DNA of 64,000 nt, taken from positions 1 to 64,000 of IMG/VR virus record IMGVR_UViG_3300025663_000002. The stretch is one strand, 5' to 3'. The translations under genes and the position numbers were made by a program. Positions 1 to 8,500 of the stretch are shown here, one piece after another; the first letter of the stretch is position 1, and every line of letters begins with the position of its first letter. The notes under the pieces are model-generated. The model worked only from the letters and a program-made list of their open reading frames with translations. It was not told where the DNA came from and ran no database searches. Source of the stretch: a virus (Duplodnaviria; Caudoviricetes).

Positions 1-37
1 GCCATTAATATATGGTAACAATGTAACAACTTCCATA

Positions 38-250
38 TTAACCACCTCTACGCCAAGACCCAGGCTTATACCCAAATAGCTTTTCAATACGTTTCATTTG
101 TTTATCCATTTCAGCAAATACAGCTTTATCTTTAGCCTCATCACCATAAAATGCATTAGCTAAACTATGCATCAACTCGTCTTGAGCGATCTCTTTAATT
201 TCTTTCTTAGATTTGCCTTTGGCTTCCATTAATTCTTTAAAACTAATCAT
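38..250 (-). CDS. Small hypothetical protein, possible internal head protein
   Basis: ORF 38..259; the ATG at 250 gives MISFKELMEA, resembling T4 internal-protein capsid-targeting N-termini (MKTFKEF-like). Confidence 0.5.
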   Translation of the reverse strand: MISFKELMEAKGKSKKEIKEIAQDELMHSLANAFYGDEAKDKAVFAEMDKQMKRIEKLFGYKPGSWRRGG

Positions 251-268
251 CTTTACCACCTATGTACA

Positions 269-409
269 TTACATTTTCTCCATATTGCTCATACAAGTAC
301 CATTACCCATTGAATGATATCCGTCTTCGCATTTATTTACATTATTTAAAATAAGTATCATCGCACCAATTGCGAATGCTAAAGTTATTAAAATTGTTAC
401 ATCTTTCAT
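269..409 (-). CDS. 46-aa small membrane protein (not in ORF track)
   Basis: Manual translation MKDVTILITLAFAIGAMILILNNVNKCEDGYHSMGNGTCMSNMEKM; fills the gap between neighbouring minus-strand ORFs; hydrophobic N-terminus. Confidence 0.55.
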   Translation of the reverse strand: MKDVTILITLAFAIGAMILILNNVNKCEDGYHSMGNGTCMSNMEKM

Positions 410-410
410 A

Positions 411-848
411 TTATGTCCGTTTTACTGCACCAGTTCCAAAATAAAATCCAAGTACGTTTAAAATTGCGTATGGTAACCATTCTGGAGTAACTACACCCAC
501 CAATTGTTTCCACGTAGGTTCAACCCAAGTAAAGTCTAAGAACCACAACTTGAAGCCGTGAATTTCATCTGTTAAAACGTTAGTTGGTTGACCAAATAAA
601 ATTGGAGCAATAAGAATGAACATCGCCATACCCATTAAGGACATTACAATAAACTTTCTTGCCCAATTGGCACTAGGTGTGTTCATCGCTCTTGCAGACT
701 TGCGAGAGGATTCTTCTTTAGAAAGAAGTTTCAAAGTCATCATATCTTTATCTCGAGCATCCTGTCGAGCATCAGACTTTAACTTCATAAATCCACCAAG
801 GATGGTGGATGCGAGCATTGATATAACTTCTAGTGGTATTCCAAACAT
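411..848 (-). CDS. Membrane protein, 3TM-holin-like
   Basis: Three hydrophobic segments, C-terminal LGFYFG motif typical of 3TM holin-like proteins, AGGAGA SD and a late promoter upstream. Confidence 0.55.
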   Translation of the reverse strand: MFGIPLEVISMLASTILGGFMKLKSDARQDARDKDMMTLKLLSKEESSRKSARAMNTPSANWARKFIVMSLMGMAMFILIAPILFGQPTNVLTDEIHGFKLWFLDFTWVEPTWKQLVGVVTPEWLPYAILNVLGFYFGTGAVKRT

Positions 849-867
849 AATATATTCTCCTATGATA

Positions 868-875
868 TATTTATA
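868..875 (-). promoter_or_regulatory. T4-type late promoter TATAAATA
   Basis: tatttata on the plus strand at 868-875, 20 nt upstream of the 411..848 start. Confidence 0.7.
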
Positions 876-881
876 AAAAAC

Positions 882-910
882 TTTACTTTCATCAATTTTT
901 ATAGTATAAT
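882..910 (+). promoter_or_regulatory. Sigma70-type early promoter
   Basis: TTTACT-N17-TATAAT upstream of ORF 943. Confidence 0.75.
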
Positions 911-942
911 AGATGTATATTAACTAAAAAGGAGCAATCATT

Positions 943-1215
943 ATGATGCCATCAAACCCAGCAGACCTAAAGAAGATTGACGTAGCTCTACAACAAATTT
1001 CAGATTCTAAAACTAGAATTGAAGCAGAGCAAGGCCACATCAAAGAAGTTGTAGAAACTATCCATAATGACTTTGGTTTGGAAAAGAAACTTATCCGTCA
1101 ACTTGCTAAAGTATGGCATATGAGAAATTATGCAGAAGAAGTAACACAGCAAGAAGATTTCCAAGAAGCATATGAAGCATTAACCTCTGTTAATAACAAA
1201 TTAGAAACCTTATAA
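943..1215 (+). CDS. dsbA: DsbA/GapR-like dsDNA-binding protein
   Basis: 90 aa helical protein with IKEVVETIHNDFGLEKKLIRQLAKVWH, matching the T4 DsbA pattern; lies near gp33/gp59 as in T4. Confidence 0.65.
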   Translation: MMPSNPADLKKIDVALQQISDSKTRIEAEQGHIKEVVETIHNDFGLEKKLIRQLAKVWHMRNYAEEVTQQEDFQEAYEALTSVNNKLETL

Positions 1216-1242
1216 TTTACCTGGGATTAATTAGTCAATTAG

Positions 1243-1272
1243 TTACCCATGGTCCTTCTTTTAGGGTATAAT
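1243..1272 (+). promoter_or_regulatory. Probable early promoter (strong -10, weak -35)
   Basis: TAGGGTATAATACGTAGTA at 1262-1280 is identical to 2262-2280; -35 region is poor. Confidence 0.5.
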
Positions 1273-1305
1273 ACGTAGTATAAACAATAAAAAAGGAAGT
1301 GAAAT

Positions 1306-1524
1306 ATGTCAAGTAATAATATGAAAATAACATTAGCGACTAACGGTAATATTAAATTTGGTAAGAATGACGGTGGTAACATTGTTACGTTTAAAGATAA
1401 AGTCCTTGCGACAGGATACTTTGATTTTTATGCTGATGGTTGGTATTTGTCTGCTAAGAATGTTGAAACGTTCTTTAGTGGTACTGCCCAAGACGTTGCT
1501 GACTTATTTGCGGGGGCAAAATAA
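1306..1524 (+). CDS. Hypothetical protein
   Basis: 72 aa ORF with AAGGAAG SD, downstream of a promoter. Confidence 0.65.
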   Translation: MSSNNMKITLATNGNIKFGKNDGGNIVTFKDKVLATGYFDFYADGWYLSAKNVETFFSGTAQDVADLFAGAK

Positions 1525-1739
1525 TGGGATATCCAAATAAATCTAACCCAAGCAAGAAACTTAAAATTACAGAACTATCAACCACTAAGATCGGTTCTGG
1601 TTATCAAGTAACGTGTATGGTTAATGGTCAGTCGTGGTTAAAAGAACTTTACGTTGATACCAAAACCCGTGCCGTTGAGGTTGCCACTGACAACATATAT
1701 GCTTTTGCCGAATACTACCCTAACTATGAGGAACTATAA
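1524..1739 (+). CDS. Hypothetical protein
   Basis: 71 aa ORF, start overlaps the previous stop (TAATG). Confidence 0.65.
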   Translation: MGYPNKSNPSKKLKITELSTTKIGSGYQVTCMVNGQSWLKELYVDTKTRAVEVATDNIYAFAEYYPNYEEL

Positions 1740-1740
1740 T

Positions 1741-1938
1741 ATGACTACAATTACAAAAACAACTAGAGATACTTACTTACGAACTAAGAACCGTTTCTAT
1801 CAAGCAGGATGGTTAGATGCCGAACGCAACGAACCTGCTCAGGCAAGTACACGTGAACAAGACGAACTGATATATGCTGAGTATTTAGAGGGTTATAAAA
1901 ATTCTATGGACAACTCATTTTCGATGGAAGGTGCATAA
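1741..1938 (+). CDS. Hypothetical protein
   Basis: Likely start is ATG 1741 (GAGG SD upstream) rather than 1654; stop coupled to the next gene (TAATG). Confidence 0.6.
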   Translation: MTTITKTTRDTYLRTKNRFYQAGWLDAERNEPAQASTREQDELIYAEYLEGYKNSMDNSFSMEGA

Positions 1939-2231
1939 TGTTAAAACTCATTAGAGATGGTTATGTAAATAACATTGAGGACGAACGTATCTGTATCCTC
2001 GGACCAGAGACTCCGGAGTATAGGAATTTCTTAATTGAAAAGTTATATGAAGAGATTCGTGAATTAGAAGAATCTGACTTTAAGGACGTTATGGAATATG
2101 CAGATGTCTTGGAAGTCCTTCAATCACTATCACGATTGAATGGGATTACCGAAGAAGAAGTAATTAAAGCAAAGGTCTCAAAACATGCTCTACTTGGTGG
2201 GTTCGATGATGGAATTATTTTATCATATTAA
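1938..2231 (+). CDS. MazG-like NTP pyrophosphohydrolase
   Basis: KLIRD...KLYEEIRE...EYADVLEV...GGF pattern of the all-alpha NTP-PPase (COG4997-like) family. Confidence 0.75.
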   Translation: MLKLIRDGYVNNIEDERICILGPETPEYRNFLIEKLYEEIRELEESDFKDVMEYADVLEVLQSLSRLNGITEEEVIKAKVSKHALLGGFDDGIILSY

Positions 2232-2243
2232 GTCAAATATCAC

Positions 2244-2272
2244 TTTACTTTTACATCAAACTAGGGTATAAT
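2244..2272 (+). promoter_or_regulatory. Sigma70-type early promoter
   Basis: TTTACT-N17-TATAAT, 9 nt before the ATG at 2282. Confidence 0.75.
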
Positions 2273-2281
2273 ACGTAGTAT

Positions 2282-2899
2282 ATGAAAAATAAAATTGAAA
2301 GTATTAAAAACCAAGTATTGAATATTCCTCTTACTGTTGAGGAATTCGCTTCAGTAGTAAGAAGCGAAGTTGACGACTTAGGGGTAGAGGTTTCTGTTCA
2401 ATATGTGAACGGGTTTCCGAAAGACACCGTATCCACTAATGGTTATTTTAATCCATATGATTGGGAATATGATTATAATATTGAGTTAGAATTAATTACT
2501 TCAGACGAAGAAGATACCATTAATATAAATATTGATAATTGGGACTTCTTGGCACATCAAATGATTCAAACTCTTGAACATGAAATTATCCATCGCAATC
2601 AAATTACAAAACGACAAGGGTTTGTAGTCCTTCCTGAATACATCGAAGGTATGTCTACAGAACAAGAACGTATTATATATCTAAGCAACCCAGACGAAAT
2701 TGACGCATATGCGAACGACGTAGCGTTAGATTTACTTGAGGTCTATACTACTCAAGGTGCGTGTTTAAAGTTATCAAAATATACATATATCACAAAAGAA
2801 GAGTCTGTGGTATTTAACGAATATATGGAATTGTTTGGAGCAAATTCGGATATTGTTAAAACTATCGTAAAGAAAGCATTATCAAAAATAACAACATAA
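2282..2899 (+). CDS. HEXXH putative zinc metallopeptidase-like protein
   Basis: LEHEIIHRNQ plus a downstream YLSNPDEIDAYA (possible third ligand Glu). Confidence 0.55.
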   Translation: MKNKIESIKNQVLNIPLTVEEFASVVRSEVDDLGVEVSVQYVNGFPKDTVSTNGYFNPYDWEYDYNIELELITSDEEDTININIDNWDFLAHQMIQTLEHEIIHRNQITKRQGFVVLPEYIEGMSTEQERIIYLSNPDEIDAYANDVALDLLEVYTTQGACLKLSKYTYITKEESVVFNEYMELFGANSDIVKTIVKKALSKITT

Positions 2900-2909
2900 A
2901 AGGGGATTA

Positions 2910-3137
2910 ATGGCACAAGTAAGCAAACAACAAGAATTTCAAATGATCATTGAAGGTTTAGTTTCTGATGGGATATCATACATAGACGTGATTACAGAAT
3001 ACATGGAAACCAACGAACTAGAACCAAAGCAAATAAAGAAACTTATATCACCAACACTACAAGAGAAAATCACAAGGGAAGCTATTAAATTTAGGTTGAT
3101 TGACAAAGAAGAACTTGGAAGCACTCTGCCTCTGTGA
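2910..3137 (+). CDS. 33: Late transcription coactivator gp33
   Basis: 75 aa; SYIDVITEYMETNELEPKQIKKLISPTLQEKITREA matches the gp33 pattern; adjacent to gp59. Confidence 0.85.
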   Translation: MAQVSKQQEFQMIIEGLVSDGISYIDVITEYMETNELEPKQIKKLISPTLQEKITREAIKFRLIDKEELGSTLPL

Positions 3138-3739
3138 CAGGGTTTGATGCATATAAATTATACGTTGCAATAAAACAACATTTCAATACAGACAATAATT
3201 ATAACTACATACAATACTCGGGAAAACAAAGACAAATTAGTACGGAATCTTATAACCGAAGAAAGGATAAGTTTTATTTTGAAGCAATCGGGAATAAAAA
3301 GAAAGGGGATTTATTACAATTCTACGTTGCTAACTTTGTAGTAGGTGACGGTCAATGGATCGGTGATATGTATAACCAAGAATCAGAAAGTGTGTTCTTT
3401 GGTTGGAAACGTATTATTGAATCTTTAACTTATTTATTCACAGAAGATATAAAATTAATTAAAGAGTTTTTGGAAGAAAGGAATTTGAAGTTCGACGACC
3501 TATTCACTATTACGGATGGTGAACATCCTATATTATTTAGATTCGTTGAACAGAAGATGATTAAAGTGGAAACGTATATCATAATGGATAAAGTTTTAAA
3601 CTTTAGCAAAAGGTTTAGGAAAGAAATTAAGGACGAGTTTGTGTACCCAGCGGTTCAATATAAATTTGATAGGTATGCAGAATTTATGAATTTTGATTCT
3701 AAGAAATATGGAACAATAATGAAAGGAGTTTTTACATAA
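3134..3739 (+). CDS. 59: Helicase loader gp59
   Basis: GFDAYKLYVAIKQHF...YNYIQYSGK...RKDKFYF; GTG start overlapping the gp33 stop. Confidence 0.9.
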   Translation: MTGFDAYKLYVAIKQHFNTDNNYNYIQYSGKQRQISTESYNRRKDKFYFEAIGNKKKGDLLQFYVANFVVGDGQWIGDMYNQESESVFFGWKRIIESLTYLFTEDIKLIKEFLEERNLKFDDLFTITDGEHPILFRFVEQKMIKVETYIIMDKVLNFSKRFRKEIKDEFVYPAVQYKFDRYAEFMNFDSKKYGTIMKGVFT

Positions 3740-3957
3740 TGCAAATGCACGACAGAATGAATTCAAATATCAATTTGAACTCTATGACTTTAAGAGAAGT
3801 TGATATGCAAGACGGATTTACCATACGAGTTAGTTATATCTTAAACACAGTCAAGATGACTAATAAATTAGAATATAATTTAGAATCGAATGCTAGACAA
3901 GACTACAATGCTATCGTAGAAATGATTGGTGGTAAGGCAACTTTTTTAACAGAATAG
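3739..3957 (+). CDS. Hypothetical protein
   Basis: 72 aa ORF coupled to the gp59 stop. Confidence 0.55.
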   Translation: MQMHDRMNSNINLNSMTLREVDMQDGFTIRVSYILNTVKMTNKLEYNLESNARQDYNAIVEMIGGKATFLTE

Positions 3958-3958
3958 C

Positions 3959-3987
3959 TTGACTTTTCAGCAAACATAAGGTATAAT
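3959..3987 (+). promoter_or_regulatory. Sigma70-type early promoter
   Basis: TTGACT-N17-TATAAT. Confidence 0.8.
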
Positions 3988-3993
3988 AGAAGT

Positions 3994-4167
3994 ATGGAAA
4001 CGAAAATGCACAACAAACAAGATTGCGAAGTTAAATGCGACGCAATCAAAACAATTTTAACTCAAATTCAAGAAGTGTCTGGAATGGAACAAAATTACCA
4101 AATCAGACATCTTGCTGAATCAGGGTTAGATTTAATCAGAGATTTGAAAAGTGAATTCGACGATTAA
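3994..4167 (+). CDS. 57-aa hypothetical protein (not in ORF track)
   Basis: Manual translation METKMHNKQDCEVKCDAIKTILTQIQEVSGMEQNYQIRHLAESGLDLIRDLKSEFDD, directly after the promoter. Confidence 0.6.
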   Translation: METKMHNKQDCEVKCDAIKTILTQIQEVSGMEQNYQIRHLAESGLDLIRDLKSEFDD

Positions 4168-4174
4168 TAGTAAG

Positions 4175-4182
4175 TATAAATA
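4175..4182 (+). promoter_or_regulatory. T4-type late promoter TATAAATA
   Basis: Exact motif upstream of ORF 4224. Confidence 0.65.
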
Positions 4183-4223
4183 ACAATATAACAATATAAT
4201 AATATAACAATACGTAGGAGTAT

Positions 4224-4487
4224 ATGATGGAACAAAATACAGTAAAGATTGACGGCAACGATTATGTAATTGCAGATTTACCAGATGTAGCAAAGGTGGC
4301 AATCGAGCACCTAATGGCAATTGATAAAGAGTCGCAAAGAATGGAAATGGCGCGTGCAGGTTTTGCACAGGCAATTAAAGCAGTAATGGAAAGTGATGAC
4401 GCACCAACTCCAGTAGAAGGTTCTACATCAACAGAGTTTGTAGGTGAAGACGGTACAACTGCAGATTTCGTTCCAGAAGAAGTATAA
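4224..4487 (+). CDS. Small conserved marine-phage protein (DUF6447-like)
   Basis: VKIDGNDYVIADLPDVAKVAIEHL pattern; AGGAG SD. Confidence 0.55.
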   Translation: MMEQNTVKIDGNDYVIADLPDVAKVAIEHLMAIDKESQRMEMARAGFAQAIKAVMESDDAPTPVEGSTSTEFVGEDGTTADFVPEEV

Positions 4488-4591
4488 AACAAACTAGAGG
4501 GTTGTGGAATACCTCTATAAAAACATTTCGTAAAACAACAAAAACAATCAACAGGTAACAGTAAAATGTACCTCACATAAGGAGTAGTATT

Positions 4592-5512
4592 ATGGGTTTC
4601 TCAGCCTTAAAGAAAAGAAGTAAGTCGACAAAAAATGTATCAGAGATGATGGATAAATTGAACAAAGCATCAGGTGGTGGTTCAAATTCATACGTAGATG
4701 ATAGATATTGGAAATTGGAAAGAGATAAGACGGGTAATGGTTATGCTATCATTCGTTTCTTAGATGCACCAGATGGTGAAGACTTTCCTTTCATCAAAAT
4801 GTACACACATGGATTTAAAGGTCAAGGTGGTTGGTACATTGAAAATTCACTAACAACAATCGGTAAACAAGACCCAGTTTCAGAAGCAAACTCTGAATTA
4901 TGGAATTCAGGTATTGATTCAAATAAAGATATTGCTCGCAATCGTAAACGACGTTTACAGTTTGTGTCTAATATCTACGTTGTTAAGGACTCCAAGTTCC
5001 CTGAAAACGAAGGTAAAACTTTCTTATTTAAATACGGAAAGTCTATCTTTGATATGATTCAGGCAGCCGGTGCTCCAGAGTTTGACGATGAAACTCCAGT
5101 GAATGTGTTTGATTTATTCAATGGTGCTGATTTCAAATTGAAGTCACGCAAAGCAGATGGATTTATTAAATACGATAAGTCTGGTTTCGAAGAACCTTCT
5201 CAGTGGTTATCTGACGAAGGTGAAATGGAAACTTTATATAATGGACTGTATTCATTAGACGGTGAAATCGCAGAAGACAAGTTTAAAACTTATGATGAGT
5301 TGAAAACCAAATTCCTACGTGTAACAGGTGGTTCGTCAGAATCTTCTAGTTTCACTGCTGAATCTGTTTCTGCAGAACCGACTCCAGTAGCAGACGTTAG
5401 TGGTCAAAGGGACGAAATTCCTTGGGACACTAATGATACTGCTGGTGCTGATTCTTCAGAATCTACAGAAGATGATACAATGAGTTACTTTGCTAAGTTA
5501 GCAGACGGTTAA
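4592..5512 (+). CDS. 32: Single-stranded DNA-binding protein gp32
   Basis: DDRYWKLERDKTGNGYAIIRFL, GGWYIENSLTTIGKQDPVSE, acidic tail ending YFAKLA. Confidence 0.97.
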   Translation: MGFSALKKRSKSTKNVSEMMDKLNKASGGGSNSYVDDRYWKLERDKTGNGYAIIRFLDAPDGEDFPFIKMYTHGFKGQGGWYIENSLTTIGKQDPVSEANSELWNSGIDSNKDIARNRKRRLQFVSNIYVVKDSKFPENEGKTFLFKYGKSIFDMIQAAGAPEFDDETPVNVFDLFNGADFKLKSRKADGFIKYDKSGFEEPSQWLSDEGEMETLYNGLYSLDGEIAEDKFKTYDELKTKFLRVTGGSSESSSFTAESVSAEPTPVADVSGQRDEIPWDTNDTAGADSSESTEDDTMSYFAKLADG

Positions 5513-5533
5513 GTTTAAAACCTAAACCAAAAG

Positions 5534-5560
5534 AAAGGAGGCAATTGCCTCCTTTTTTAT
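5534..5560. terminator. Bidirectional intrinsic terminator
   Basis: Perfect palindrome AAAGGAGGCAATTGCCTCCTTT (5534-5555) with T/A tracts, between convergent genes. Confidence 0.85.
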
Positions 5561-5563
5561 TGC

Positions 5564-8500
5564 CTAATTAAAAACCAACGAAGAACCATTGCCCGAAGGG
5601 GAAGATGGAGCATGAACAGTTTGAGGAACGACAACCGCAGTTGCAGAACTACTATTTGATGTACTATTGTTATTGATAATAGTTGTTCCTGTTCCGGCTG
5701 TTCCGTTCATATTTTGGTTCATCGGAGTTAAGTTTGTAATGTCATTAGATTGACTTTGACTTACATTTCCAGTGATACCAACATAATCGGTTAATACTTG
5801 AATAGCAAGTGGAACTAGTCCAGCAACAGGATAAGCACTCGCGACCGATAAAGCTCCTCCGAGATTATCACCCTGAGCAAACCTTTGTGTTGCATCGTAT
5901 CCTGACATGGCTGCACCAAGTAAAGGAAGGCCTCTGCTAGCAAATTTTGATATGTTTCTAAATCCAGCAGTCGGGCCAGTGTTGAGTGTTCCAGCCTCCC
6001 CAGGCCAGAAGGCTTTTGCTGTTCCTGCGATATTCACTCGTCCGGTGCCACCATTTGCATACGCTCGATTGCTGTATGATAAATTCGCTACTTCATTTCT
6101 CCGATGTTTAGCTAATGACCACTTTTCTTCACCAGGAATATATCCTTTATTGAACCAACTAGTGTTTGACATAGACGCATTTCCTCGTCCTAACATTTGA
6201 TTAGCTGCGATGTACATTTGCATAGACTCTGGGTCTTGCAGACCGTTTTTATCAGCATCGTCAATAAAGTCTTTAGGTTTCCATCCCTTAGTTGTATCCT
6301 TCCATCCAGTGTTACCTTTTTTCTTTCCTTTTTTCTTTCCTTTAGGATTCCACGATCCTCTAGGACCCCAAGTAACATTGCCATTAGAATCTTCCCAACC
6401 CTTACGTTTTCCTGTTGGGTCATATACTTCATTACTCATCAAGCCAATAATTTTATCAAGACGTTCTGTTGTATGGATATCATTAGTGTAGATTGATCCA
6501 GGGTGTAATGCTTTCTCGTAGAATGATTTTTCTACTTTATCATTAGCATTAATTACTTTAGAATCTTTATAGTCACCTAAAGTTTTAACGAATTGGTCAA
6601 AACGTTCTAGGATGTATTCAGTCTTTTGTGGACCTAACATAGAACCTGCTTTATCTGCAATCATTGCTCTAGTGCTAGACACCATTTCAGGTGTAACATT
6701 ATCTGGGTTTTTAAATTGACCCATAATGTCACCAACTTGCCCGTGTGCCATACTACGTATGGGATTGAATCCCATAAATCCACTAGAAGTTTCTTTATTG
6801 ACAACTCCGTGCATGAATTGGTCTATTCCATCAAACCCTTGTTGGTAATTTTTAGAATGGTCTACTTTAGGAACGACAACCGTGGGTTTCTGTAAAAATT
6901 TATTTCCACTCAGTGGGGCAACATTTGCACCGCCTAATGCTTCAATCCCTTTTTGTGTGCTGATTAATTTATCATTTGAGTGCAGTTGTCCAGCATTACC
7001 ACCAGTCGCCTCATTGAATAATGCATTATCCATTTGCAATTGAGTTGTCCCGTTCGTGGTCATGCTATCGGTGTTGTTTTTCTTCATCCACCATTTGCCT
7101 CTTTGCAGGTCTCTGGCACTCTTGCCGTGCCACGTTTTAGTATCTTTCCAACCAAACTTCTTATCTTGGAACCTTTTCATCTGACGGTCAATTTCGTTTT
7201 TAGCAGTTCTAGTATCAGAACTTAATAGTTCGTGTTGTTTGTTTAAACCTGCATCGGCATACCTTGCTGGTCTGGTTCGGCTAGAGGCAAAGTCGTCATT
7301 CTGCCATTCTTGAAATTCTTTAGTAGTTTCATTATTCTTCTTGAATAAATCAAGCTCTGATTTTAATTCATTGTAATCCGACACAGAATCCACTAAATTT
7401 TCTTTATCATCGTCCGACCATGTGTTAGAAGGGGTTACTTTCTTGGAACTTCCAGGTTTACCAAACTCAATTGTAGGTCCAAAGACCCCTGGAGTTACTG
7501 TAATTTTCTGCTTGTTTTGCTTTGCTTTGATGAAAGTCAACAATTCACTCTCGTCGTCATCATTGAACGTTAGTGTGGAGAACAACGCCTCTAATTCTTT
7601 ATGAGTGTAGTCAGCAAGAGTTACTCTATTGCCCAAACGAGCTCGAGTCCCCGCTTCTTTAATCACACCTTTAGATCTTTTTAGTTTTTCCGAATCTTCT
7701 TTTGAATATGTCCCCAACGCGGTTTGTGTTACTTCTGGGTTAAGGAGGGAATTTCTAATAGATTCTGCTTCAGTATTATCTTTAATGCCAGATGTATATT
7801 TAAGAACACCGTTTTGGTAGTCTTCTCTTCGTTGATGTTTTGCACCATTGCCCATTACATCAGATCTGCTTGCAAAGTATTTATCTTGTTCTTTTTCATA
7901 TTCAGGTGTTCCCTGCATACCCAAACTATCCGCGGCCCAATCCAAACCAGAATATATTTCTTTATACGTGTCATGTACTGTATTTAAAGCACCCTCGATA
8001 CCACCTTGTCCTTCATTTTCCATCTTGTTTGCAGCACCAAAGGCAATAGCAGCGGGTGCAGCAACCTTTGATGCTGCACCAATGGTTGTACCAAGAACGT
8101 TCTTGACAATCCCTTTTGATGCACCTTTTGGTGGATTGGCCTTGCTCCATGCAGCCAATTTAGCCTTAGACCAACTGTATGCACCCACTCCTCCTAATGC
8201 AGAAGCAGCCCCCGCTCCAAAGTTACCAATGCCACCTAAAAGACCACTAAAGAAACCCCCTGAATCGCCACCGACTTTGCCAAACATGCCACCGATTCCG
8301 CCTTTCTTTTTCCCCGAAAACATATTATCACGGTTTTTTTCTAATTGGTCTCTTCTGTTTTGTTTTGCACGTGAATCAGCTTTCTCCATCAACCTTAGTA
8401 TATTTGCGTTCGATTCAACTAATGTAGCAATTCCATCACAACAATTTGACGACGCTCCAGTCGACATTTGTAATTGTGCTTGTTCTACGAATTTATTAGT

